Both the position numbers and the translations under genes were made by a program. A stretch of DNA of 62,055 bases, the filler included, from Chiloscyllium plagiosum (lineage: Eukaryota): the NCBI RefSeq assembly GCF_004010195.1. It is 4 parts of one record of this genome, joined end to end, with 100 filler letters (N's around TTAATTAATTAA, not from the genome) between each part and the next. Parts side by side here need not be neighbours in the genome. Positions count along the whole stretch, not along the records: positions 1 to 26,120 come from NC_057717.1; 3 more parts are not named here. One strand, given 5' to 3'. The notes beneath the pieces are model-generated. The model made no database searches, was not told the origin of the DNA, and saw only the letters and a list, made by a program, of their open reading frames with translations. How positions within the stretch are numbered: position 1 is the first letter of the stretch; every line of letters begins with the position of its first letter. This document shows, piece by piece, positions 12,102 to 25,077 of the stretch.

Positions 12102-12828
12102 TGTTATGAACGTGTAAAGGGTACTGTACCGTTAAGAGCATTTACAAGCACAGTGAGTTCTGGAAACTTTAAAAAGTAACATTTGGTCCAGCACGTTGCA
12201 GTACCTGGGTTGCTATGAGAGAAAAAAAAATCAAATTTGATCAATCCGTTTAAATTATGTCCCAAGAAGCTAAACTACAATCGAGTTTAAATTTGGCATT
12301 TGGCAATATTATAAAAAAAATGAAAGTACCCGATGCTTTGGGGTAGAAAGTTGAAAAAAAAGAGCACTTAGAGGAGAACTGCCACGCCACCAACATCTGC
12401 AGACTGCCCCCAGAATAGCTCTCCGAAATGTACCTTTATTTATCATTGACCTGTGAAACAGAAACTCTAAGATACAAAGAGAAGATTCGACAGTTGACTG
12501 CTTCTGAAATTTGAATGTTTTGGTATATCTTAATGGTGGGGGGGGGGGGGGGGGGGGGGGGGGGTCAGGGTTATCGGACCAGTATTGTAGAAGAGAAAGT
12601 AAAAGTTAGGTCAGAGAAAGGAGTTGCAAATAGTTATTAGTTAATTATTCTCTGTTAGACTATTTTTAAAAAGTTGTTAATTTTTACTTTAAATAGTGAC
12701 CTTCAGGATGGTTATTGGCCTTCTAGATTTTTACAGATTACAGCACAGGTTAAATCTTTTCTCTGTTGCAAGTTCAAATTAGCGCGGGGTGGGCGGGGGA
12801 GGAGGGGAGGCTTCCCCGTGTTGTGACA
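12102..12828 (+). repeat. 3' LTR
   Basis: Follows the PPT; starts tgttatgaacgtg, ends ccccgtgttgtgaca; homologous to but strongly diverged from the 5' LTR. Confidence 0.8.
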
Positions 12829-13069
12829 CATTAACTCGGTTTCCTATGTAACGATGCTGCCAGACCTGCAGAGCTTTTCCAGCACATTTCTGTCTTAGTT
12901 TCTGGTTTACAAACTCTGTAGTTTTCTTGACTTTCTTATGTGTGTCATTGACATCCACGGTTGAGGTCCTGGAGGACAGGAAGACAGCTAATGTTGTTAC
13001 ATTATTTGTAATTTGGCTGCAAAGAAAACCCACGGAACTACAGACCAGTGAGTTTGATGTCAAGCGTGG

Positions 13070-14380
13070 AGAAGTGTTTGTAGGAGATTCTGAGAGGCAG
13101 GATTTACATGCATTTGGAAAGGCAAGGATTGAATAGGGATATTCAACATGGCTTTATGTCTGGGAATCCATGTCTCACGAACTAGATTGCAGTTTTTGGA
13201 AAGGTGATCGGGAAGATAGATGAAGGAAAAGCAGCATACATTGTCTCCGTGGACCTTAGTGAGGTCCAAAAATGTTGCACATGGTAGTCTGGTTAATAAA
13301 GTTAGATCACAGGAGATCAGAGAGAGCTATCCAATTATATGCAAAACTGGCTTGACCGTGCTGGGAGAGATTTGCTGTTCCAATTGGAGGCCTGTGTCCA
13401 GCGTTGGGCCACACGGACCAGGCTGCTGTTGTTCATTGTTTTTGTAAATGCTTTGGGTGAGAACATTGGAACCGTGGATAGTAATTTGGAGATGAAACCC
13501 CCAAAGTTGGAGTTATGGCGGAAAGTGAAGAAGGCTATCTTAGAGAACAAAGATATCTTGATCTACTTGACAAGTAGGCTGAGGATGGAGCTTCATGCAG
13601 ATAAATGTGATATGTTGCATTTTGTTAGACAAACGAGTGTAGGATTTTTTCAGAAAATCAGCGCACTGGGAAGTGTTGTCAAACTGAGAGATCCAGTGTC
13701 CAGCTACGTAGGTCCGTGAAAATGGAGTCGAAGATTGACAGGGCAGTGAATAAGGCATAAGGCAATCTTTCTTCCATTGCTCAGAGCATTGATTATAGGA
13801 ATTGGCCCATCAGGTTGTGGCTCTACAAGAGAATGGCAAGGCCACATTTGAAGCACTGAGTGCAATTATTGTCGCCCTGCTATTGGAAGGATGTTATAAA
13901 CTGGGAAGGGGACAAAAGTATTTAAAATGATGTGACGGAGATGGGAAATTTTGAGATATAAGGATAGGCTGGGATTCTGTTCCTTTGGCGTTGGAGGCTG
14001 AGAGGTGGCCTTTATTACATCATGAGAGGCATGGATAGGATGAATAGACAAGATCATTTCCTCTGGGTGGGTGTGTCCAGAACCAGAGAGGAGAGGTTTA
14101 AGGTGAGAAGGAAGACATTTAAAAGATATCTACGGGACAGTTGTTTCTCACAGAGGATGGTGTGTATATGTAGCGAGCTGTCAGAGGAAGTGGCATTGGG
14201 AAATACAATTATGACATTTGAAAGACAATTGGATGTGTACATGAATAGGAAAGGTTTGGAGGGGTCTGTGCCAAAAGAAAAAATATAGTAATCATTCAGT
14301 TTACGAAACCAGGTGAGCATGGACGAGTTGGGCCAAAATATCTGTTTGAATATTGTATGATTCTAAGAGTCTATGACTCT
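13070..14380 (+). mobile_element. Degenerate CR1 LINE (RT to 3' end)
   Basis: CR1 RT and C-terminal motifs (MRGMDRMN...FSQRMV) with a typical tail. Confidence 0.8.
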
Positions 14381-14559
14381 TTCACTCCTCCTTCATACTA
14401 GTCCTTCATTGCACTCAATTCATTTCCAAGTCAAAACTCATCTGCAAATACTTTAAATGATATAACTCTCCAAACTTTCTTAAATAGAGAATTCCTGACA
14501 TTGATGTGGTTCTATAGACCACAGCAGCAGCAGAAGCAGAATTAAATTCAAGCACAATC

Positions 14560-14845
14560 TGTAACTCCAAACACAACGCCATTAACAAGCACATAGATCT
14601 AGATGCCATCTATCAACCACTCAGAAAACGAACAGGAAATGACATCACCACAAACCCAGGAACCCCATCCAGGAGAAAGATATAAATAGAAAGCAGAAGA
14701 CAACAGCCTCGCTTCACTTGGATGTCGCCATTGATGATGTTACCTAGCCAGGAAATGAAACGTCTGGATATCAAACCTACAGCTCAGCGAGCAAACCTAC
14801 ACCCTAAACCTCAACCTGAGCTACAAACCTTCACAAACCTTGCGA
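14560..14845 (+). mobile_element. Penelope-like element 3' end with degenerate hammerhead
   Basis: AINKHIDLDAIYQPLRKRTG (C-terminus after GIY-YIG), then cca-ttgatga-tgttacc...gaaacgtc-tgg at 14728-14767. Confidence 0.75.
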
Positions 14846-15699
14846 ACAATGTGTAACGTTTTTCCTGGGATAATCCCTCAGTCTACCATTCCAACCAAGT
14901 TGATCTATGGTTCAGTGATGTATAGGTAAACGTGCCAGTATCCCAATCGTGTGTACCTAAATCTGATGACAACCTGTTAAAGCTACCCTGATTGACAGCA
15001 GAACTAACATCTGATAGAGAGGGTGTAATGATTCCAGCACTAACAAACCAACAGTACTGCCACTTCCAGCCATAAATGTTGATGGACGGTTAAACAATTT
15101 CATGGAAGAGAGGGCTCCACTATTATCCCTATAATAAATAATGGAACAGTCTGGTACATCAGTGTAAAAGATAATGATGTAGTTTTGGCAAGATACTCCG
15201 CCAGACATGTTGAGTGGATGATCCAACTCACCCTCGCCATGAAGCCCACAGAATCACAAATGCCCGTCTTCAATCAATTTAATTTTCTGCAAGTGACATG
15301 AAGAAACAGGTGAACACTGTAGATACAACAAAGGCAATGGCCCTGACACCATTCCTGCACACGGAACACTTGTGCTGCAGAACAAATCGTGTCCCTGGGA
15401 AGGCTGTTTCATTCCAGCTCCAATTCTGACATCTTCCTGGCAATGTGGAAAATTACTCAGTACCCAAAGAGGAGAATAATTACAATCTGCCCATTTACCA
15501 CATCCTCAGTCCCATTACGATTGTTAAACTGATAGAAGTTCTTTTTGACAGATCTGTCAAACAGCACAGTAATAACCAGCTTAGTGTGGTTTCCAATATG
15601 TCCCTATGTGGAGTTGGTGCTGTTGTGGAAATTTCACTGGATAACAAATCCAGACCAGGCTAATGCTCTGGCAGCTGATGGAAATTAATAACAATTAAT

Positions 15700-15900
15700 A
15701 AAATATCGAGATCTAAAATTTGGTATCAGTAATGGTGATGCTGAAATCAATGTCGTTTGCAAAATCTAATTTGCTTCATCAATGTACTTTCAGGAAGTGA
15801 CTTCTGGCCTGGTCCATGCATTCCTGGTCTGGCCTAAAAGATACTCTAGACACACACGCATGTTACAAACTTTTCGGTTGTCTCTAAAATGGAAAAGCAA
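15700..15900 (+). mobile_element. Old interspersed repeat (SINE-like; second copy at ~53130-53360)
   Basis: Shared core taatgg/atga...cttcagg(g)aag...tctggcct...ctct(t)aaat seen in both places; family not assigned. Confidence 0.45.
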
Positions 15901-16074
15901 GACACGAAATTGTATCAAACTACTCCAAGGATTGGAAGGATAAAACCGACAAAACTTCCAGCACCAGCCTCAGTCACAGAAAAGGGAACAGGAAACGCAG
16001 TCCTGTTGACCCTGCAGAGGCCTCCTTCCTAACATCTGAGAGTTTGTGACAGCCATACTCCAGATGCCTCTCGA

Positions 16075-19000
16075 TCCCTTTCGTGTCGAGAAATCCTTAT
16101 ATATATATTCAGTGCCTTGTGTTCCACAGCTTATGTGGGAGAGAAATCCCAGATTCACCAGTCACTGAGTGCAGACATTTATTCTCATCTCAATGCAGAG
16201 TGGACTGTCTGTACCTAATACTGTGGCCCCTTGTTTTTTATGCCCGAGCCAGGGGAATTATCATCCCTGCTTCCAATCTGTCTCGCCCTTTCAGAGTTTT
16301 ATACATTTCACTGAGTTCTCCATTCATTTTCCTGAACACCATGGAATATAGGCCCAGTCGCCCCAAACTCTGCTCTCACAACAAGCCTGTCATCCCAGAG
16401 ATCAGTCTTGTCATCCTTCACTGCTCTCCCTCAATGCCAGGTTTGTCCTTTATTGGGTAAGGAAACCAAAACTGCACACAATACTGCACAATGTTTGAAT
16501 GGGCTCTCACCAAGGCACTGTACAGCTGCAGTAAGATACCCTTACTCTTGTCAGTCAATCCTCTAGAAATAAGGTCCACACCATTTATCTTAATGCCTGC
16601 TTTCTGCTCTTGCAATATTGCTTTCAGTGACTGGTGTACAAGGAGATACAGATCCTTTTCAATGTTCCAGCTCCATTTCATGTTGACCCATTGCATAAGA
16701 ACGTACAAACTAGGAGTAGGAGTAGGCCATCTGGCCCTTCAAGCCTGCGCCACCATTCAATAAGATAATGTTTAATCATTTCATAGCCTCAGCTCCACTT
16801 AAACCCCCCCCCCCCACCACTCTCCATAACTCTTAATTCCTTTACTGTTCAAACATTATCAATCTGAGTTCAAACATTCAATGACAAAGCCTCAACTATT
16901 TCACTGGGCGAAGAATTCCACAGATTTATAACCTTCTTGGTCAAGACGTTCCTTCTCAATTCAGTACTAAATCTGCTCCATCTAATTTTGAGGCTTTGCT
17001 CTCTTGTCCTAGTTTCGTGTACTACTGGAAACGTCCTTTATATTTCTATCTTATCTACTCCCTTCACAATTATATACGTTTCTATCAGATCCTCCCTCTT
17101 TTTTCAATTTCCAACCAATATATAATTCCAGTCTACTCAGTCTCTCATCATAACCACCCCCCTCACCTCTGGAACCAACCTCGTGAGCCTCCTCTGCATC
17201 CATTGTAGTGCCAGAATTTTGTTTCTAAAGCAGGGAGACCAAAGTTGTACGTACTACAGGTGTGGTCTCCCCAGCATCCTGTAGAGCTGCAACATAACCT
17301 CCCTGCTTTACACTCAATCCCTTTCGCAATGAAAGACAAAATTCTATTTGCCTCGTTAATTACCTTTTGCCCCTGCAGACCAACTTCTGTGATTCATGCA
17401 CAAGGACACCCAGGCCCTTTGCACAAGAGCATGCTGCATTGTTTTGACAATTCAAATAAGAGTCCTCTTTTCTATTTTTCCTAACAAAATGGATGATTTC
17501 ACATTTATTATAAATTGTACTCTATTTGCCAGACCTTGGCCCACTCACTTCAACTCTTTATGTCCCTTTGTAAAGTATAACAGTCCTCTGCACACTTATC
17601 TCTGCCACTCATTTTAGTATCAGCTGCAATCTTTGAGACACTACACGTGGTTCCCTACTCCAAATCATCTATGCAAGCTGTGAATAACTGCGGTCCCAGC
17701 ACCGATCCCTGAAGCACTCCATTAGTCACTGATCAGCAACCAGAAAAACAATCATATATTCCCAATCGTTGATTCATGTTAGTTAACTAATCTCTATCCA
17801 CGCTAATGCATTACCCAAATGCCACACATTATGCAGCGTCACTGTATCTTTTTTTCGATTACTTGCAGTGTGGAAACAAGTCCATTGGCCCAACAAGTCC
17901 ACACTGAAGCGCACAGAAGCGCAACCCACCCAGACCCATTCCCCTACATTTTACACCTTCACCTAACACTAAGGGCAATTTAGCATGGCCAATTCACCTA
18001 ACCTGCACGTTTTGTGGCTGTTGGAGGAAACCGGAGCACCCGGAGGAAACCCACGCAGACACGGGGATAACGTGCACAGTCAGTCGCCTGAGGCGGGAAT
18101 TGAACATGGGACTCTGGCGCTGTGAAGCAGCAGTGCTAACCACTGTGCCACTGTGCCGCCCACAAAATGTCTTTTGGAAATGCCAGTGCACCACATCTAC
18201 TGGGTCCCCGCAGTTGTAATGTCTTCTTAGAATTCCAGGAGTTAATTAAACGTGACCTGTCTTTCATGAACTAACACTGTTCTGCCCAACGGGACAATTT
18301 CGATCAAGATGCATTGCCATTTATTCCTTGATTACAGGTTGAAATATTTTCCCCACTACAGATTTTAGGCTAACCGGTCTATATTTCCCCAACTTTTGTC
18401 TATCTCCCTTTTCAAAACAGTGGTGTCTGAACTCCTGTTTTCCAATTTGCTGGAATTGCATCAGAGTGCTGAGAATTTAGAAAACTTTCCGCAAGTGCAT
18501 TTGTTATTTCTCTCATCACCTCTGTTAGTACCTTGGGATACATTCCATCAGGGCCAGGAGACTTATCTACCTTTGGCTCCATAAGCTGGCCCAACACTAC
18601 CTCTCTTTTGGGAATGTTTGTTTCCTGGTCCTCACTTACCTTCCTCGCTTTGACAATTACTGTCATGTTATTAGTGTCCTTCACTGTGTAGACCGACTAA
18701 ATATCTCTTCAATTCCTCGTCCATTTCCTCATATCCCACTCCTGGGTCCCCTTTCTCACCCTCTAAAGGACCATTGCTTACCTTAGCCACTCTTTTCGTT
18801 TTGTATATTATACCATATTTTGCTATCTGTCTTTATATTCTGAGGTAGTTTACTCTCATAATCTATCTTATGTATCTTGATACCTTTTTTGTTGCTTTAT
18901 TTCGCCATTTAAAGTTTTCTCACTTTTCGACTTTTCCACTGGTCTTTGCCATTATTTAAGCCATTTATTTTAATTGGATAGCCTCCCTTATTTCCTGAAA

Positions 19001-19250
19001 CATTCACGGCAGATTACCCTTTCCCTACAGTCCTTCCATTTCACTGTTATATGCTGTTGCTGAGCATGTTGAAAAATTGCTTCGAAAGCCACCCGCTGTT
19101 CATCAATGGTTCCACCATAAAGTTTTTGCTGCCAACCTTCTTTAGCCAACTCCTCTCTCATTCTATTGTCATCTGCTTTGTTTAAGCACAGGGCCCTGAT
19201 ACAGGATTTTACCTTCTCACCTTCTATCTGTATCCTAAATTCAGCCATAC
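16075..19250 (-). mobile_element. Nested degenerate CR1 LINE fragments
   Basis: Minus-strand VDKSPGPDGMYPKVL...IPANWK, LYSALVRAH...YCVQFW, and endonuclease-RT linker motifs. Confidence 0.75.
17857..18161 (-). mobile_element. HE1-type V-SINE
   Basis: Reverse-complement homologue of the 8250-8567 SINE; ends ...ccactgtgccactgtgccgccc. Confidence 0.9.
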
Positions 19251-19389
19251 TTTCAGTCCCAATTATTTCTACCAAAACATTTTTTTACTAATTTCATTCT
19301 TTTTTTTCTCACGAGAGTTCGGCTTCCCAGTCTTGCTGGGAAGATTTGATTTGTTTGGTTTGTTTCCTTCTGTGAAGACAGAACTGGCA

Positions 19390-20085
19390 GTATGGAGGAA
19401 CAGCGGAATCTTGGTGTGCAGGTATATAGATCCCTTAAAATGGCCATCCAATTGGACATGGTTGTTAAGAAAGCATATGGTGTTTTGGCTTTCATTAAAA
19501 GGGGGATGGGTTTAAGAGCCGTGCGATCTTGTTGCAGCTCTATAAAACTTTGGTTACTTGGAATACTGTGTCCAGTTCTGGTCGCCCTATTATAGGAAAG
19601 ATAAGCTTTGGAGAGCGTCTAGTGGAGGTTTACCAGGATGCTGCCTGGAATGGAGGGCTTATCTTACGAAGAGAAGTTGACTGAGCTCGGACTTCTTTCA
19701 TTGGAAAAAAGAAGGAAGAGAGGTGACCTAATTGAAGTGTACAAAATAATGAGAGGCATAGACAGAGTTGATAGCCAGAGCCTTTTTCCCATGGCAGGAA
19801 TTGTTAACGTGAGGGGTCATAGTTTTAAGCTGTTTGGCGGAAAGTATAGAGGGGATGTCAGAGGCGGGTTCTTTACGCAGAGAGTTGTGGGAGCATGGAA
19901 TGCATTGCCAGCAGCAGTTGTGGAAGCGAGGTAATTGGGGATATTTTAGAGAATGCTGGACGTGCATATGGTCACAGAAATTTGAGGGTTCATACATTAG
20001 GTTTACCTTACATGATGATCAATGGTCGGCACAACATCGTGGGCTGAAGGGCCTGTTCTGTGTTGCACTGTTCTATGTTCTATGA
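19390..20085 (+). mobile_element. CR1 LINE 3' end
   Basis: EEQRNLGVQV...RGDLIEVYKIMRGIDRVD...FFTQRVVGAWNALP; tail ctgttctatgttctatg. Confidence 0.9.
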
Positions 20086-20289
20086 AGTAGTTGCTTAATA
20101 GTTCTGCCATTTCCCTGCTCTCATTCTCTATTCTCTGCATTGAAAGTGCAACGAAGCTGCACTTGTTTTCTCTTATCTTTTCCATTGACAGTTCATCTTA
20201 TAGCTCATATTAATGTTGTCTTCAGAAACACAGCAATACATGTCCACACCATATAATCACAGGAGCATTGACTCCGTCAGAAAATACAG

Positions 20290-21215
20290 TATAATCTACA
20301 TTAGTCCCACTCTCTTACACCAGGCCCGTAGCCGGGAATGTTATGATGCTTTAAGAGCTCTCCTAAGTAGGTTTTTACCAGTTATGAGGTTACCATGATA
20401 ACTCCCCTCTCAGGAAGTACATTCCAGACCCTAACACCGTCTGGGTGAAAAACAATCCGCGAATCCTCTCTACATCTCAAACACTTCGCTTTAAAAATGT
20501 GCTCCCTTGTTCTTGGCCCTCTGACTAAAAGGAACAGCTGCTGTCTATCCACCCGGTCCATGCTCCTCATAATCTTATCCTTCTGAATCACATTCTGCTA
20601 AGAATTCTCTGCTCCAAAGCAAACAACCCGAGTTTGTCCAACCTCTCTCCATACCAGATAAGCTCCATCCCAGGGAACATCCTGGTGAATCACCTCTGCA
20701 CCCGCTCCAGTGCAATCACATCCTTCCTGTATTGTGGCTCCGAGAGGTACAGACAGCATTCCAACTTGGCCGAACCACAGTCCTGTATAACTCTTGTAAT
20801 TTATGTCTTGATGTGTAAAGGTTATACTTACTATTCCAAACGGCTTGTTAACTCCACTATTACCCTGTCCATTCCCATTCAGTGATGTGTGGAGAAGCAC
20901 GCTCAGAACTTCCTAGTGTGCTGACATTCATTGAGTAATCCTCTGTCTAGTTCATTCTTCCAAAGTGCACCACCTCATATTTATCAAGGTTACTTTCCAT
21001 CTGCCATTGATCTGCTTATCTGACCATTCCATCTTTATCTTCCAGTAACATAAGTCCTACCCTCTCACTGCCAACCACCCGGCCAATCTTTGTGATAAAC
21101 ACAAACTCACATACCACACTCCCCCACACCCTCCACTTTCATATCTACATTATTTATGAGTATCACAACTAATAAGGGTCACACCATTGACCCGTATACT
21201 ACACCACTGGACACT
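20290..21215 (-). mobile_element. Degenerate CR1 3' fragment
   Basis: KIMRSMDRVDRQQLF motif and related CR1 C-terminal sequence. Confidence 0.7.
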
Positions 21216-21221
21216 GATATC

Positions 21222-22028
21222 ATAGATAGAACATAGAACAATACAGCACAGAACAGGCCCTTCGGCCCACGATGTTGTGCCGAACATTTGTCCTAGCTTA
21301 AGCACCCATCCATGTACCTATCCAATTGCCGCTTAAAGGTCACCAAAGATTCTGACTCTACCACTCCCACAGGCAGCGCATTCCTTGCCCCCACCACTCT
21401 CTGGGTAAAGGACCCACCCCTGACATCTCCCCTATACCTTCCACCCTTCACCTTAAATTTATGTCCCCTTGTAACACTCTGTTGTACCCGGGGAAAAGGT
21501 TTCTGACTGTCTACTCTATCTGTTCCTCTGATCATCTTATAAATCTCTATCAAGTCACCCCTCATCCTTCGCCGTTCCAATGAGAAAAGGCCTAGCACTC
21601 TCAACCAATCCTCGTACGACCTATTCTCCATTCCAGGCAACATCCTGGCAAATTTTCTCTGCACCCTCTCCAAAGCTTCCACATCTTTCCTAAAGTGAGG
21701 CGACCAGAACTGCTCACAGTACTCCAAATGTGGCCTAACCAAAGTCCTGTACAGTTGCCACATCACTTCACGACTCCTGAATTCAATCCCTCTGCTAATG
21801 AACGCTAATACACCATAGGCCTTCTTACAAGCTCTATCCACCTGAGTGGCAACTTTCAAAGATCTATGAACATAGACCCCAAGATCCCTCTGTTCCTCCA
21901 CCTCACTAAGAACCATACCGTTAACCCTGTATTCTGCATTTTTATTTGTCTTTCCAAATGGACAACCTCACACTTGGCAGGGTTGAACTCCGTCTGCCAC
22001 TCCTCAGCCCAGCTCTGCATCATATCAA
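21222..22028 (-). mobile_element. Young CR1 LINE 3' end (open 207-aa ORF2 C-terminus)
   Basis: Uninterrupted RDLGVYVHRSLK...LVRPHLEYC...FTQRVVGA; (atagaac)n tail; near-identical to 57051-57512. Confidence 0.92.
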
Positions 22029-22029
22029 A

Positions 22030-24560
22030 AAATCATATCGATTCACACAGTTCCCAGAACCACCCTCTTCCTCCTGCCATAAAGAAAATGTGAATGCCAC
22101 TTACCAAGTTACCCTTGATACCATGAGATTTTACTTTCTTTATCAGCCTCCCATCTGGGGCTTTGTCAAAGGCCTTGCTGAAAATAAAAACATATGAACA
22201 ACCTCCTCGAAAAAATATCAATAAAATGCATTCGGCATGACACCCTCTCTAAATGAAGATCCATTTTCTCCCACCCTATTTTCCCCAATAGTTTCACTGA
22301 CACTGATCTGATACTCACTGATCAATAGTTCCCTGGTCTACCTGCACCTACCGTTCCTGTAAAAGGTGTTCTGCATTCCTCTGGCCCCTCCCCTGTGACC
22401 AGAATTTACTTAAACATTTGGGTCAGCGCCTTGCTCCGACAGCAGCTTGTGATACAACACAGCCGGACCTGTGGACTTGTACAATTTTACACCAACCAAA
22501 ACTATCAATCCTTGCTCGCATTTCATATCAATCTGCTCATGAGTTTCCCAGTCCATCTTATTGAACCATACCTCCTCCTTTTCTTGAGTAAAACAGATGT
22601 GAATCTCTCTTGTCACAATCTATCAATGTTCTCCAGCTTCACACATTGATTATCCTTTTGGTTTCTAATGGGCCCTAATTATTCCCTGGTTATTCTGTTC
22701 TAGTTGAGGTCCTTGTGGAATATCTTAGGGTGCTCACTAATCCTGCTCGCACTTTTCAATGCCCTTATGTTCTTCATTTCCCTCTGTGTGAATTTTTTAA
22801 AGCTTCATTTCGATCACATCTCAGTCTCTGAAAATCTACAGAACACAGGCGGAGTTCCCTCATCGGACAATCTTGCCATCCGACGGATTAAATCTAGAGA
22901 ATGTACATTCAGTATATGTGATCAGTATGCTTTATTTAGGTCAGAAAATCAAAACTGTACACAATACTCCAGGTACAGTCTCACCAACACGATGTGTCAC
23001 TGGTGCAGAACATCACTTCTACTCGGAGCGAATTACGACAGAAACTGGGATCTGTACTGAAACCAATGCTAGAGGTCACAGCGAGTTAGACAGCATCTGT
23101 GGAGAGAGGGCACAGAGCTCTTCATCGTCGATATTCTGATTCCCTTCAAACAAAATTGAACTTAACTGTTACCTTCCCCCATTTGCATATGTTATTACCA
23201 ATAACATTTGCTTTATTGTTTTAGGGCTAACTTACCGTATGATTTTTTTTAAATCCTCCTGATATCCAACTATATCAAATCCACTTGTTCTCCATAGTTT
23301 ATATCGACAAGGGACATCTTCAAGCAAATGTTTGTAAATGTTGTCTTCCCTTTCAGAAATCTAGCATCGTTCTCTAGACGTTTGCTATCACATTCTTTAT
23401 AATAAATTCCGACAGATTCCCCACTCTGAACAATAAGTTAATTGGTCTGTAGTTCACCATTCTCCTACTTCTTCACTTTGTAATTCCTTGGAATGCATTT
23501 ATAACCTTCCAAACTGAATACGGAAAAAATACAGTGATTCGTAATACAACTATTATGTCCATTTCTGCTTTCTCTGAAATTCTGGTATGAACTACATTTG
23601 GTCTGTCAGACTTATCAATACAGTTATGTTTTCAAATGATACCTTATCACTGATATGAATGATTTTAGTCTTAAGTTACACAAGTCCCATGGTCACTTGG
23701 TATTTCTGGGAGATTTTCTGGCCCTTACTCCGTGAAGACAGACTTAAAGTAACTGGTTAGTTTCCCCCGTCATTGGTTCTGTTCTCCACAATAAATTATC
23801 CTGTCCACATATTCACTGTTCCACAGTTGACCTTGCTCTTGTTTTCCTTTCAAATATTCATGACAGTTTTTCATCAGTCTTTTTGTTTTTGGTTAGTTTG
23901 CATTCTTGTTCTCTTTCTAATTTACTTATCAGTTTATCAGTCTTCCTTCGTTCCGTCCAAAATTTCAATGTATCCACAATATATGACTCTTTTCTAAGGC
24001 ACTTTCATCTATCTAATGCAATTCTTAACTTCTTTTGTTCACCATCGTTGAGTCACCTTTCACTTTTGTGATTTATGCCTTGGAGGAATATATATATAAA
24101 GTAGACCTTACAGTGTTTCTGTAAAAAGCACACATTGCCTGTCTTTCATGAATTCATTTAATGTACTTTTCAAATTCACTAAAGCCAACTTTATTCTCAT
24201 ATCTTAATGGCTTGCATGACTCAGGTATATACCCGAAATATAAGAATTTGTTTTGTATTCAGACGTCACTATTCCCAAAAGCTCCTTGACAGCAGTCTTC
24301 GTTTTGCTCTTCTGATCACACAACACCAATTCCAAAATTGCCTGATCAACAGCTCAGTTCTCAACATACTGCTAAAGTAACCCATCTCATACACACTCAA
24401 CATTAACATTCACTTGGGTAAACACTGGTTCGATGTACCTTCAAGCTGTCCATTATTACTGCAGTACCCACAAACCTGTACGTCTAACTCTCTTTTTAAT
24501 GACATATTTACATTTATATTGCATCTTTCACTTTGATACATAACTCCCATGAACGTTTCT
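22030..24560 (-). mobile_element. Mosaic of old CR1 fragments
   Basis: FSKAFDKAP...LIKKVKSHGIKG and other decayed CR1 ORF2 pieces. Confidence 0.6.
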
Positions 24561-25077
24561 TCTCCTTGCTGTTCCTAAGATCCACCTCACCAGATTCTGT
24601 GGAATCTGAGTGACGTAGGCTCTGGGGAGGTTAATGGTAGATTCATGCGAGATGTTTGGCGAGGCATATATCATCATTTAAATTATCGCACCACATCTTA
24701 CCTGTTCCTCTCAAGTATCATTGCGATATTTTCTCCAGATACCCCGTTATGCTGGTGAAGTAGAGAAGGGCAATGATCTTTCAACAATGCTGTGTATTTT
24801 CCCAGACAGCTGAGCTTGCTCTAACCTGGGTGGGAACCTTACAGCAGGCTGGTAGAGTGTTGCTGCTGCTGTACCGGATCTTGGTGAGATCACATCTGGA
24901 GTACTGTGCACAGGTTTAATCTCCTCCCCGAGGAAAGGATATTGGAATTACCTCAGGGATTATCCCCTCAACTGGTTTCTGCAATGAAGGTGTTAATCAT
25001 AAAATCTCTACAGTGTGGAACCAAGCCATTTGACCCATCGACTCCACACTGATCCTCCGAAGACCATCCTATCCAAT

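Larger units (their letters stand above)
6819..12828 (+). mobile_element. Decayed Gypsy LTR retrotransposon, Gmr1-like (PR-IN-RT-RH order)
   Basis: TG...CA LTRs at 6819-7547 and 12102-12828, PBS, PPT gagagagaagg at 12091-12101, and gag, protease, integrase N-terminus, RT and RNase H relics in that order. Confidence 0.9.

Noticed and set aside
12538..12564. 27-nt poly-G run as a functional G-quadruplex
   Set aside because: It is a homopolymer expansion of a short G tract present in the other LTRs, and may be a sequencing artefact.
24695..24765. 50-nt minus-strand mini-exon with good splice sites
   Set aside because: No recognisable homology or partner exons; such sites occur by chance.
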